DNA of 55,740 nucleotides from a virus (taxonomy: Duplodnaviria; Caudoviricetes): positions 1 to 55,740 of IMG/VR virus record IMGVR_UViG_3300005805_000112. The stretch is one strand, 5' to 3'. The position numbers were made by a program, and so were the translations under genes. Under the pieces are notes generated by a model. That model made no database searches. It was not told the origin of the DNA and saw only the letters and a list, made by a program, of their open reading frames with translations. This document shows positions 46,073 through 54,750 of the stretch, piece after piece; positions within the stretch are counted from its first letter, which is position 1; each line of letters begins with the position of its first letter.

Positions 46073-46724
46073 AAGAACAAAGATCTTTGAACACAAGTTG
46101 CTGCCATCAGTCAATCTAGAAAGGGTTGATGTGAATGGCATGAGACACTACAAGACCCCAGATGGAATCTTCCCGTCTGTGACTACTGTCCTTTCTAACA
46201 TGAACAAATCGTCTTTGGATAAATGGAAGAAGCTTGTCGGTCAAGAGGAGGCAGACCGAATCAAAAACAGGTCCGCTACCCGAGGTTCAGAGCTTCATTT
46301 GATAGTCGAGAAGTATATGATGAATGAGTCGTGGCAAGGCACATTCATGCCATTGACTAAGATCCTTTTCAAATCAATTCAACCGACTCTTGATGAAGTT
46401 GAAACCGTCTACGGGGTTGAACTTCCCTTGTACTCCAAAGATCTACGAACAGCAGGGACGACTGACCAGCTCTGTTCTTTCCGTGGCAAAAATACAATCA
46501 TAGATTTAAAGACAGCGTCAAAGACGAAGTTAGAAGAGCACTTGACTTCTTATTACTATCAGTCTACAGCATATGCTATGATGGCTGAATCTTTGTTTCA
46601 CATTAACTTTGATCAGATTGTTCTGGTAATTGCAGTCGAGCACGACTTTGCTCAGATTGTCATCGAAGATTCTCATAAATATAGAGCAGAAGTGAAGGAG
46701 TTTTTCGACATACATTCTAGATGA
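45984..46724 (+). CDS. PD-(D/E)xK exonuclease (true start uncertain)
   Basis: PSVTTVL, RGSELH, AGTTD, IIDLKT, Q..AYA. Confidence 0.8.
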   Translation: MMMLNLKLTTLSEVDSFVSISSLRNRSVFERTKIFEHKLLPSVNLERVDVNGMRHYKTPDGIFPSVTTVLSNMNKSSLDKWKKLVGQEEADRIKNRSATRGSELHLIVEKYMMNESWQGTFMPLTKILFKSIQPTLDEVETVYGVELPLYSKDLRTAGTTDQLCSFRGKNTIIDLKTASKTKLEEHLTSYYYQSTAYAMMAESLFHINFDQIVLVIAVEHDFAQIVIEDSHKYRAEVKEFFDIHSR

Positions 46725-46737
46725 CCAGGGAGTTCTT

Positions 46738-47250
46738 ATGCGATTAAGAGTTCGTGGTTGTAATGAAAATACTCGAAAACAGATCAAGCACGCTGCAAAA
46801 TGGTACGGTGACAATATAGTCGGCTATAAACTAGCCGATAATGTTTACGTACGAATAGACCTAATCCCAAATCTCCAAATAGAAGAACGTTGTTATGCAA
46901 GAGTGGTTTGGTTGAAGACAAACCACAGGCCTAGGCATTTTGCAATTGAGATAGATTCAAATCTTAAGAAAAAGATGATGTTGAAAACTCTTGCACATGA
47001 GTTTGTTCACATTAGGCAGTACACAAGGGATCACTTGAAGGATCTTTATAATTGCACAAGGGTAAGATGGCACAAGAAGATTTTCAGTGAACAGCAAATT
47101 GACACGCTATATAAAACGTTGCCTTGGGAGCTTGAAGCTCATAAGCTCGAGAAACATTTTTATCATGCATATGCGAGGTTTTGTAATGGCACTTCCAAGA
47201 AGCAAAAGGCTTCCTCTTCTTTCCAAAGAAATCTACAAGACACAAGATGA
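46738..47250 (+). CDS. Zincin-like metallopeptidase (paralog of 11976)
   Basis: TLAHEFVHIRQ, PWELEA. Confidence 0.75.
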   Translation: MRLRVRGCNENTRKQIKHAAKWYGDNIVGYKLADNVYVRIDLIPNLQIEERCYARVVWLKTNHRPRHFAIEIDSNLKKKMMLKTLAHEFVHIRQYTRDHLKDLYNCTRVRWHKKIFSEQQIDTLYKTLPWELEAHKLEKHFYHAYARFCNGTSKKQKASSSFQRNLQDTR

Positions 47251-47365
47251 AATCGTAGAGCTTGAGTGGTGCAACAACTTCAATCGCGCTGATTTTCTTA
47301 AGATGCGTCTTCAGCATCTGATGGAGCTGAGGGATGCAGGCAATATCTATTACCCTAATTTTTGA
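47186..47365 (+). CDS. Hypothetical protein
   Basis: GAGG RBS; ends YYPNF before purA. Confidence 0.45.
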   Translation: MALPRSKRLPLLSKEIYKTQDEIVELEWCNNFNRADFLKMRLQHLMELRDAGNIYYPNF

Positions 47366-47374
47366 GAGGTTATT

Positions 47375-48595
47375 ATGGACTATGCTGTTGTTGGCCTTCA
47401 GTGGGGCGATGAAGGCAAAGGTAAGATTGTCGACTGTCTTATCAATCACGCACTTCCTAATAAGATTTGTGATGTTGTCAGGTTCAATGGGGGCAACAAT
47501 GCAGGGCACACAATTGTCAAGAATGGTAAGACGTATAAGCTCAGTTTGATTCCTACAGGTGCTTTGACAAATGGTATGAGGAACACAATTAGTCGTGGTG
47601 TTGCTTTTGATCCTTTGTATTTTATCAAAGAGCTCAACTACCTGAAGGATAATGGTATTGAGGTGATGCCAATGTACAGTGAGCAGTCTGAGCGTGGGGA
47701 GCTCAAAAACATTCATACCACTTCTTATCTTAATATTGACGAGGGTTGCCCCATAATTACGCCCATGCATCGTCACATTGATCAGAAGGAAAACGGTTCG
47801 ATTGGAACTACCTGTAGAGGTATTGGTCCAGCGTACTCTGACTATTATGCTCGTAAAGCAATCCGAGTGCGTGATCTACTGTTGACTGCAAAGCAGTTCA
47901 AAGAGCAGTTCCCACACTGTGATGAAGCAACATATCAAATGATTGAAGAAGTAAGAACTACCATTAATCCATTTATCAGCGAGTATCCTATCTTTTCATA
48001 TGAAGTTAAGTCTGTTCTTTTTGAAGGAGCTCAGGGAATGATGCTCGATGTCTTCTACGGCACCTATCCATATGTGACGTCTTCACCTGCAAATCCTGCA
48101 TTTGCTTCAGTAGTGACAGGATATCATCCGAAAGAATTGTGCACCATCGGTGTAATCAAGGCATATGCTACCCGTGTAGGAAACGGTCCGTTCAACACAG
48201 AGATTACAGAAGGTCCCGCCGCAGATGTTCTTAGCAACGTTGGCAAGGAAGTTGGAACTGTGACAGGGAGGAAGCGCAGGGTCGGATGGCTTGATTTGAC
48301 TGGTTTTCATGAGATCACTCGTATTGCTAACGTAAAGACGCTTGCCTTGACAAAGCTCGATGTTCTTGATTCCTTGAACGAGATTAATGTTTGTGTGAAT
48401 TCAACAGATTCTGATTCACAATACATGACCTTGCCAGGTTGGAAGACTTCGACACGAGGCATCACAAATTACAATGATCTCCCACAAAATGCAAAGGCAT
48501 ATGTTGATTTCATTGAGAAATTCACTGGATATGGCATAACCATGATTTCTACTGGTCCGGAGAGTGACAGTGTCATTCTGCGTCCTTGGCGGTGA
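47375..48595 (+). CDS. purA: Adenylosuccinate synthetase
   Basis: GLQWGDEGKGK, GGNNAGHT, GTT.RGIGPAY, EGAQG, TGRKRRVGW, TKLDVL, ISTGP. Confidence 0.92.
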   Translation: MDYAVVGLQWGDEGKGKIVDCLINHALPNKICDVVRFNGGNNAGHTIVKNGKTYKLSLIPTGALTNGMRNTISRGVAFDPLYFIKELNYLKDNGIEVMPMYSEQSERGELKNIHTTSYLNIDEGCPIITPMHRHIDQKENGSIGTTCRGIGPAYSDYYARKAIRVRDLLLTAKQFKEQFPHCDEATYQMIEEVRTTINPFISEYPIFSYEVKSVLFEGAQGMMLDVFYGTYPYVTSSPANPAFASVVTGYHPKELCTIGVIKAYATRVGNGPFNTEITEGPAADVLSNVGKEVGTVTGRKRRVGWLDLTGFHEITRIANVKTLALTKLDVLDSLNEINVCVNSTDSDSQYMTLPGWKTSTRGITNYNDLPQNAKAYVDFIEKFTGYGITMISTGPESDSVILRPWR

Positions 48596-48746
48596 AAGAA
48601 ATGTCAAAAAATGGTATAAAATATAGTTGATTCAGCTAGCATGCAAACAAAATTAATTATCTCGTTCAAAAATCAAGCAAAAATCTTCTGTTGACATTTT
48701 TTTCCTTTTCGAAGACTCTCACAAATAGACAACTGAAAGGAATGAT

Positions 48747-48944
48747 ATGTCTAAACATGTAAACATTGCTATGTCTCTTGCCCAGGAGGCAAAGAACCGG
48801 TCTTCAGCATTTACTTTAAGACATGAAAATTATGCTTTTGCTTTTGGATATCTGACTGGAACTCTTGCATCCGTTCTTATGATGCTCACGCCAGAGCAGC
48901 TCGCTGAAATTGAAATTAAGAACGGCCTTTCAAAGGAGGTTTGA
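48747..48944 (+). CDS. Hypothetical early protein
   Basis: AAGGA RBS; TTGACA at 48691. Confidence 0.55.
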   Translation: MSKHVNIAMSLAQEAKNRSSAFTLRHENYAFAFGYLTGTLASVLMMLTPEQLAEIEIKNGLSKEV

Positions 48945-49178
48945 ATGTCTTTGACAGAAGCTCAGCTTTACAATCTTGCTAGTGGAGGGGGGTCTGCGTA
49001 TGGCACGCACAATATGAAATTGTTTTGGGTCGCAAAACAACTCAAATCCGGCGATTTTGTGTACGTGGCAGGACCTTTTGCAACGTTTGCTGCTGCCGCA
49101 TGTCGAGCGTCGCCTAAACGCGTGATTGTTTCTTCTGAGGTTTCCGTACGTTTGGAAAAAGGTGTGGAAAAACAATAA
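48945..49178 (+). CDS. Hypothetical early protein
   Basis: AGGAGG RBS. Confidence 0.5.
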   Translation: MSLTEAQLYNLASGGGSAYGTHNMKLFWVAKQLKSGDFVYVAGPFATFAAAACRASPKRVIVSSEVSVRLEKGVEKQ

Positions 49179-49190
49179 GTTACAGCCCTG

Positions 49191-49227
49191 TTGCCTTATT
49201 TTCAAATAAACAAGATACTGAGTACAT
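49191..49227 (+). promoter_or_regulatory. Early sigma70-type promoter
   Basis: TTGCCT-N17-GATACT, then GAGTACAT shared with the 49474 promoter. Confidence 0.6.
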
Positions 49228-49249
49228 GATCAAGGAAAGGGAGACAGAG

Positions 49250-49456
49250 ATGGCCAAATTGACCAAGACCAAGACCAAGGCCAAGGTATATGTCCTGATT
49301 AATGAGTCGCTGTGGCCCACGGCCGTCGTGGGTGTGTTCAGTACGCGCGGCCTCGCCCTCGCCGCCTCCAAGAAGGAGCGCGCGAAATATCCGCGTCGAC
49401 TATATCGCCTTTCCCATCATATGGTTCGTGGGAATGTGACCAACCCCTTGATCTGA
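49250..49456 (+). CDS. Hypothetical early protein
   Basis: GGAG RBS; KVYVL...VVGVFST. Confidence 0.5.
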   Translation: MAKLTKTKTKAKVYVLINESLWPTAVVGVFSTRGLALAASKKERAKYPRRLYRLSHHMVRGNVTNPLI

Positions 49457-49473
49457 CACGGCAATTCCAGGGG

Positions 49474-49510
49474 TTGACAGAAGCCTGATCCAGCCCTATA
49501 CTGAGTACAT
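49474..49510 (+). promoter_or_regulatory. Early sigma70-type promoter
   Basis: TTGACA-N17-TATACT, then GAGTACAT. Confidence 0.7.
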
Positions 49511-49540
49511 AAGTTGGAAACAAGGACCAAGGAGACAGCG

Positions 49541-49738
49541 ATGAATCAGCGATCCAAAACCTTCCTCATAGAGTTTCAGAACCTTTGCCATCGTTTTGGT
49601 GTGGATTTCTCCTATGACCTCAATGGAATCTCGTTCATATCAACCGCCGAGACCTTCGTACTCGATCGGTCGGACATTGAGGTCGAAGTGACAAGCCTTG
49701 AAGATCTTGAGGCACAGGTCGCTAGATTGAAGGACTAA
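49541..49738 (+). CDS. Hypothetical early protein
   Basis: AAGGAG RBS. Confidence 0.55.
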   Translation: MNQRSKTFLIEFQNLCHRFGVDFSYDLNGISFISTAETFVLDRSDIEVEVTSLEDLEAQVARLKD

Positions 49739-49766
49739 CATCTTCAAAACACACGAAAAAATATCC

Positions 49767-49802
49767 GTTGCCTTTTTTCCGGAAAAAGGTATGATAGGGA
49801 TA
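49767..49802 (+). promoter_or_regulatory. Repeated early promoter module, copy 1
   Basis: GTTGCCTTTTTTCCGGAAAAAGGTATGATAGGGATA; 33/36 identical to 54324..54359. Confidence 0.75.
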
Positions 49803-49820
49803 GGTCAGATGGAGATGCAG

Positions 49821-50228
49821 ATGACGAAACTTGAACAAGCGGTCGAGGCTCTTAAGACGAATCAGTTCAAGACGAACGCCGAGTTCGTCGAGTTCCTGAT
49901 GTCGACTCTGAAGATGTCGAAGCTGGGTGCTCGGACGTACGCCTACAACGCGCGGAAGGCTCTCGGCACGACGCTCGAGGCTGCGAAGAAGGCGACGAAG
50001 GCTCGATACTTGCCGACTGTTGTGGATCCGTCGTCTGTTAACCCTTACGATAAGAAGTCGGTTGAGCGTTATGCTCGGTATCTTCATTCGATTGGAACGA
50101 ATGAAATTGTTCGTGACATGAACTTCGATGAAGTCTGGGTTCTCAAGTGGGATTATGCGCGGCTTGCGCTTGAGCGTGTCCTCCCGAAGGACGAGGCTCA
50201 GAAGGTTCATCGTAAGTTGTTCGGCTGA
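49821..50228 (+). CDS. Early protein sharing N-terminal domain with 50608
   Basis: KTNAEFV..LM..L.MSKLGARTYAYN. Confidence 0.7.
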   Translation: MTKLEQAVEALKTNQFKTNAEFVEFLMSTLKMSKLGARTYAYNARKALGTTLEAAKKATKARYLPTVVDPSSVNPYDKKSVERYARYLHSIGTNEIVRDMNFDEVWVLKWDYARLALERVLPKDEAQKVHRKLFG

Positions 50229-50249
50229 CATTTCCTCATGGAGGTAATC

Positions 50250-50528
50250 ATGGCTGTTCCTATGAAGCGTCAATTTGTTTCCCTCGAGGCGTTCAACTAC
50301 GATAAAGAAAGAAAGGTTCTTTCTTTGGTTGTCTATCAGCGGCCCCGCTGCGGCTTTCCTAAGTACCTCATGGTGCAATCTCATCACACAGGTAAGGAAG
50401 TTCGCTTCTCGGCTGTTGACAGACACGACAAACTGTTTGATGAGGATCATTGGGACGGTATGCAGCAGATCTATCGACCAATTGGTAACGTCCCAAACGT
50501 TGATCATTTGGTTTTGATTGCTGGTTGA
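50250..50528 (+). CDS. Hypothetical early protein
   Basis: GGAGG RBS; VQSHHTGKEVRF resembles VKSAKTGDVEFF in 55173 ORF. Confidence 0.55.
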   Translation: MAVPMKRQFVSLEAFNYDKERKVLSLVVYQRPRCGFPKYLMVQSHHTGKEVRFSAVDRHDKLFDEDHWDGMQQIYRPIGNVPNVDHLVLIAG

Positions 50529-50607
50529 CTTTTTTTCTTGTCCCAGTGACACTCCCTAAGTCACATACAGTTTAACCCTTTTACGAATCAACCCGATGGA
50601 GAATTAT

Positions 50608-51081
50608 ATGACTAAGACCTCTAAGCTGTCCCAGGCTATGGAAGCGTACAAGACTGGGAACTACAAGACGAATGCCGAGTTCGTCCAGTACCTCATGACT
50701 GACCTCAGCATGAGCAAGCTCGGTGCGCGTACGTATGCATATAACATCAAGCAGAAGCTTGGTCGTTGGGCGGTGGATGCTGACAAGATTAAGACAGATG
50801 TAGTCGCGACCGCACCCAAGGTCCGCAAGCATAAGGTTGTCAAGCCCTCGAAGATCACTGTCAGTCTCGATGAGGTGTTCAGCATTGCTAAGGGACAGTC
50901 TTCTCTTCCCACAGAAGTAGATGACACGGATCCTCTTGCGATCCCGGACTTCCTCCAGCGTCCTCGTACGAAGGCTGAAGGTGAACCGGAGACTCGCAAG
51001 CCGAGCCGCAAAGCGAAGCTGAAGACTGATACCAAGACCGACGTAGACACTCAGGACGTTTTGACTAACAGCAATGTGTGA
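50608..51081 (+). CDS. Early protein, paralog of 49821
   Basis: Shared N-domain; DPLAIPDFLQR motif; TTGACT-N17-GACACT at 50525. Confidence 0.7.
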   Translation: MTKTSKLSQAMEAYKTGNYKTNAEFVQYLMTDLSMSKLGARTYAYNIKQKLGRWAVDADKIKTDVVATAPKVRKHKVVKPSKITVSLDEVFSIAKGQSSLPTEVDDTDPLAIPDFLQRPRTKAEGEPETRKPSRKAKLKTDTKTDVDTQDVLTNSNV

Positions 51082-51158
51082 ATGGGAGGAAGCCAGGCAC
51101 CGTGCCACAACCAAGTAACCTGCTAGTATAACTTGCAAGATTATCAACGGAGATGGGC

Positions 51159-51854
51159 ATGAATCTCAAGAAAATCCTCAACGATCATCAACTGTGGCTG
51201 GACGCCAACGCGCGCGGCAAGTTGGCCATCCTCAGTGGGGCCAACCTCAGTGGGGCCAACCTCAGTAGGGCCGACCTCTGTGAGGCCATCCTCAGTGGGG
51301 CCATCCTCAGTGGGGCCGACCTCAGTTGGGCCAACCTCTGTGAGGCCATCCTCAATGGGGCCATCCTCAATGGGGCCGACCTCAATGGGGCCAACCTCAG
51401 TAGGGCCAACCTCAGTGGGGCCAACCTCAGTGGGGCCAACCTCAGTAGGGCCGACCTCAGTTGGGCCGACCTCAGTTGGGCCAACCTCCATGGGGCCAAC
51501 CTCCATGGGGCCAACCTCCGTAGGGCCAACCTCCATGAGGCCGACCTCAGTGGGGCCGACCTCAGTGGGGCCGACCTCAGTTGGGCCAACCTCAGTTGGG
51601 CCAACCTCAGTGGGGCCACGCGTGGCGGTTGCACGCTTAAAGGTCTTCAGGCATCAACCCAGCGCAGCGATAGTTTCATGTTTCTTCTCTGGGACACGGA
51701 AGAGGGCTGGCGCGTTGATGCAGGTTGTCGTTGGTTTACCTTCGAGGAGGCGAAGACGCATTGGAAGACGACTCGTGGCGGTACGTCTTTGGGGGACGAG
51801 ACCTTTGATATCCTGCAGTTCTTCCGTGCGCGTGCAGGGTATACAAACGGTTGA
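51159..51854 (+). CDS. Pentapeptide repeat protein
   Basis: 26 A(N/D/I)LXX repeats, then globular C-domain with AGCRWF. Confidence 0.9.
   Translation: MNLKKILNDHQLWLDANARGKLAILSGANLSGANLSRADLCEAILSGAILSGADLSWANLCEAILNGAILNGADLNGANLSRANLSGANLSGANLSRADLSWADLSWANLHGANLHGANLRRANLHEADLSGADLSGADLSWANLSWANLSGATRGGCTLKGLQASTQRSDSFMFLLWDTEEGWRVDAGCRWFTFEEAKTHWKTTRGGTSLGDETFDILQFFRARAGYTNG
51225..51614 (+). repeat. 26 tandem 15-bp coding repeats
   Basis: Consensus GCCAACCTCAGTGGG. Confidence 0.95.
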
Positions 51855-51930
51855 CCTAGCTCTTTCCGTATAAATAACACATATCATGTTTCTGATGACA
51901 CAGGTGTAACAATGATGTGGAGTCGAAAAC

Positions 51931-52239
51931 ATGAATGCTCATATAGACAAAATTCTTCGATCGCCTTCTCAAGATTTATTTGTGTATAACAAAATTTCCG
52001 GACATTGGTTTTGTAGAGAAAACTCAGACTTCTTTTGCCCTGAGCCCAGCATCGAAGTTTACACAAAGCTCGTTGTGCAGAATATTCTATCGCTACTTGA
52101 TAGCTGCAAAATACAAAACGCTGTTGCTGATCAACCCGATTATGACTATAATGCTTTCAATGTTCTGATTGAGGAGAAGTTTTATGGCAGAAAAAAAGAA
52201 CATTGTTCAGAAGCCTCTCAAAGGGCACTTCTTCTCTGA
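51931..52239 (+). CDS. Hypothetical protein
   Basis: TATAAATA at 51869; GGAG RBS. Confidence 0.5.
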   Translation: MNAHIDKILRSPSQDLFVYNKISGHWFCRENSDFFCPEPSIEVYTKLVVQNILSLLDSCKIQNAVADQPDYDYNAFNVLIEEKFYGRKKEHCSEASQRALLL

Positions 52240-52642
52240 ACGGAATATAAAGAGAGCAGAAGAGCACTACCAGGCAAAATTTGTGGATACGTTTGACTTG
52301 GGATACGGTCCAGTCGATGTGTTTTACAATCCAAACCCAGACGTATCGAAAGGGCACTCTCATTACTTTGCCCTCCGACAGATAGTCGGTAACATTTTGA
52401 TCAGCAATGGTTCGAAGGTTCTTGAATTACCTCTCATTGGTTTGAGAGCTGATGATGGTGAAATTATGTTCAGTCGTCACAGACATGATTATAGGACGAG
52501 TCAAGATGGAACAGTATCTGTTGATGGGGGAGTTGATTACTTCCGCACTAGCATTCACAATGATAGCTCTGGCATTCCTTTTAATGAACGACTAGTCAAA
52601 CTTAAGGTGGTCGAAGACCGCATCGAGGTGTCTGCCCCATGA
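52184..52642 (+). CDS. Conserved phage hypothetical protein
   Basis: GAGGAG RBS; SRHRHDY, VDGG.DY.R. Confidence 0.65.
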   Translation: MAEKKNIVQKPLKGHFFSERNIKRAEEHYQAKFVDTFDLGYGPVDVFYNPNPDVSKGHSHYFALRQIVGNILISNGSKVLELPLIGLRADDGEIMFSRHRHDYRTSQDGTVSVDGGVDYFRTSIHNDSSGIPFNERLVKLKVVEDRIEVSAP

Positions 52643-52881
52643 GAGACATGACAGCACATATTGATGCATGCATAGCTAACTTAGCAAAAGCTATTGAAGA
52701 AAACAGATGGGCTCTGGAAGCTGCTAGAGCTGAAATTTTATATCTGAAAGAAAAATGTGACGAAGCTCATCATGTACTTAAAAACGCCTACACTTCCTCA
52801 AACGGAGAAGTGCTTTCGTTGTATGAGTTGAGCAAGAGATTTGCAGAGTGGGAATATAGGTTTACTGACGATCATAGATAG
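52639..52881 (+). CDS. Hypothetical protein
   Basis: ATGA coupling, GAGG RBS. Confidence 0.5.
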   Translation: MRDMTAHIDACIANLAKAIEENRWALEAARAEILYLKEKCDEAHHVLKNAYTSSNGEVLSLYELSKRFAEWEYRFTDDHR

Positions 52882-52890
52882 GAGAATAAA

Positions 52891-53922
52891 ATGAATACTA
52901 AAACGCTTATTACTGGAATTGCTATCTTTTGTTCAGCATCAAGTATGGTAGCTGCACAAAACGCCCGCGACCAGATCCGCGCCGTCGGCTCCTCGACGGT
53001 CTTCCCGTTCACCACGACCGTCGCCGAGAACTTCGCGCGCACCTCGGGGATAAAGGCGCCGATCGTCGAATCCACCGGCACGGGCGGCGGCTTCCGCCTG
53101 TTCTGCGCCGGCGTCGGCACCCAGCACCCCGATCTTTCGAATGCCTCGCGCGCGATCACGAAGTCCGAGATCGAAACCTGCACGAAGAACGGCGTCACCG
53201 CGATCACCGAGGTCAAGATCGGCTTCGACGGCATCGTGCTGGCGGTCAAGAAGGGGGCGCCGAAATTCGACGTCACCCGCCAGCAGGTGTGGCTCGCCCT
53301 CGCGCGTCAGGTGCCGAAGAACGGCCAGCTGGTCGCCAACCCGCATCAGCGCTGGAGCGACATCGATCCCAAGCTCCCGAACATCGCCATCGAGGTGATG
53401 GGCCCGCCCCCGACCTCCGGTACGCGCGACGCCTTCGTCGAGATGGTGATGGATTTCGGCTGCAAGGACTTCGCCGAAATCAAGGCGATCGCCGATTCCC
53501 GCGCCCGCGCCCAGGCCTGCGCCGCGATCCGCGAGGACGGCAAGTTCATCGAAGCCGGCGAGAACGACAACCTGATCGTCCAGCGCCTCGTCGCTGGTCA
53601 GGGCGTCGCGATCGGGATCTTCGGCTACTCCTTCCTTGAAGAGAACATCGACAAGCTCCAGGCCAAGCATGTCGACGGCGTCGAGCCGAGCTTCGAGAAC
53701 ATCTCCGAGGGCAAGTATCCCGTGTCCCGCTCGATGTTCGTCTACGTGAAGAACGCCCATGCCGGCGTGATCCCGGGTCTGCGCGAGTTCGTCTCCGAGT
53801 ACGTCTCGGATCGCTCGATGGGCGAGAACGGGTATCTCGAGAAGAAGGGCCTCATCCCGCTGCCCAAGGCGGAGCGCGAGAAGGTCCGTATCACTGCAGC
53901 CAATCTAACCCCAATGAACTGA
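52891..53922 (+). CDS. pstS: Phosphate ABC transporter substrate-binding protein
   Basis: Signal peptide; IRAVGSSTVFPF, STGTGGG, SNASR, GPPPTSGTRDAF, YPVSR; body markedly GC-rich. Confidence 0.95.
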   Translation: MNTKTLITGIAIFCSASSMVAAQNARDQIRAVGSSTVFPFTTTVAENFARTSGIKAPIVESTGTGGGFRLFCAGVGTQHPDLSNASRAITKSEIETCTKNGVTAITEVKIGFDGIVLAVKKGAPKFDVTRQQVWLALARQVPKNGQLVANPHQRWSDIDPKLPNIAIEVMGPPPTSGTRDAFVEMVMDFGCKDFAEIKAIADSRARAQACAAIREDGKFIEAGENDNLIVQRLVAGQGVAIGIFGYSFLEENIDKLQAKHVDGVEPSFENISEGKYPVSRSMFVYVKNAHAGVIPGLREFVSEYVSDRSMGENGYLEKKGLIPLPKAEREKVRITAANLTPMN

Positions 53923-53931
53923 GGATATAAA

Positions 53932-54258
53932 ATGTCTGATAATTTTCGCTATACTCTTATTGCTGAACAAATTAATCGTCCAGGCGATTTCCATAAGGAT
54001 TCAAAGATTAGTATTGTGTGCACACCAATGGATCTCAAAGATTTGCTTTCGAATCTCGCTTCGCTTGTTAATGCTGCAGGCTACAATTATGTCGAGGAGT
54101 TGCATGCAGTTTGTGGTGAACTTACTCATACAAGTCTTGGAGAGACATTTGACAGTGATGATGAGGACTATTCTTGGGATGAACGTGATGATAAGGAATC
54201 TGAAGAGGATGAGCCTGAACAGGCAGCTCCAGAGGTCAAACCTGAAGAAACCAAATAA
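53932..54258 (+). CDS. Hypothetical acidic protein
   Basis: GAGGA RBS; acidic tail. Confidence 0.6.
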   Translation: MSDNFRYTLIAEQINRPGDFHKDSKISIVCTPMDLKDLLSNLASLVNAAGYNYVEELHAVCGELTHTSLGETFDSDDEDYSWDERDDKESEEDEPEQAAPEVKPEETK

Positions 54259-54272
54259 TCGTTAACAAACAC

Positions 54273-54302
54273 AAAGGGCCGGGAAACCGGCCCTTTCCTT
54301 TT
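54273..54302 (+). terminator. Rho-independent terminator
   Basis: AAAGGGCCGG-GAAA-CCGGCCCTTT. Confidence 0.85.
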
Positions 54303-54323
54303 GAAATGCACTGTTTTTTTGTT

Positions 54324-54359
54324 GTTGTCTTTTTTCCGTAAAAAGGGATGATAGGGATA
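54324..54359 (+). promoter_or_regulatory. Repeated early promoter module, copy 2
   Basis: GTTGTCTTTTTTCCGTAAAAAGGGATGATAGGGATA. Confidence 0.75.
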
Positions 54360-54383
54360 CAACAAGTGCAGTTGGAGATGCAA

Positions 54384-54728
54384 ATGCAGACACAGTTCAA
54401 CCTTCGCGGCCGGGACGTCGTTCGCCTTCTTGAGACGAACGATAAGGCCATTGGCAGGGCCCTGGTTGTTCTTCGGAACAACCAGACGAATGATGAGCAG
54501 ATTGCGAAGTCGTCCAAGTATCACAACATGAAGGGGTTCCGGCCATGCGATGCCAAGGCTGGCACGGAGATGGCTGAGTTCTTCCTCAAGGAGGGATATC
54601 TGACCAAGGAGCAGATTAATCACTGGCGTCAGCCTTATGCGAAGGGCGGGATGCGGATCTCGATCTACTGGCGTCAGCTTCTTCGCGCAGCATACCTCAA
54701 GCAGCGTCAGGCCCAGAAGGCGGCCTGA
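54384..54728 (+). CDS. Conserved phage early protein
   Basis: RALVVL...QT.DEQ...HN.KGF...DA...YWRQL. Confidence 0.7.
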   Translation: MQTQFNLRGRDVVRLLETNDKAIGRALVVLRNNQTNDEQIAKSSKYHNMKGFRPCDAKAGTEMAEFFLKEGYLTKEQINHWRQPYAKGGMRISIYWRQLLRAAYLKQRQAQKAA

Positions 54729-54750
54729 CGCACCAGAAACAGGAGGTCAC

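Noticed and set aside
47375-48595. PurZ (2-aminoadenine DNA pathway)
   Set aside because: Retains the PurA catalytic Asp in GDEGKG, where PurZ has Ser; no datZ-like neighbour recognised
49722-51147. Reverse-strand ORFs of 276 and 188 aa
   Set aside because: Overlap + strand genes that have clear promoters, RBSs and mutual paralogy
51144-51873. CRISPR array, or extra ORFs in other frames (GPTSV/EVGPT/RLAPL repeats)
   Set aside because: No unique spacers; these are shadows of the 15-bp pentapeptide coding repeat
52929-53760. Long alternative-frame and antisense ORFs over pstS
   Set aside because: Expected from high GC3 suppressing stop codons
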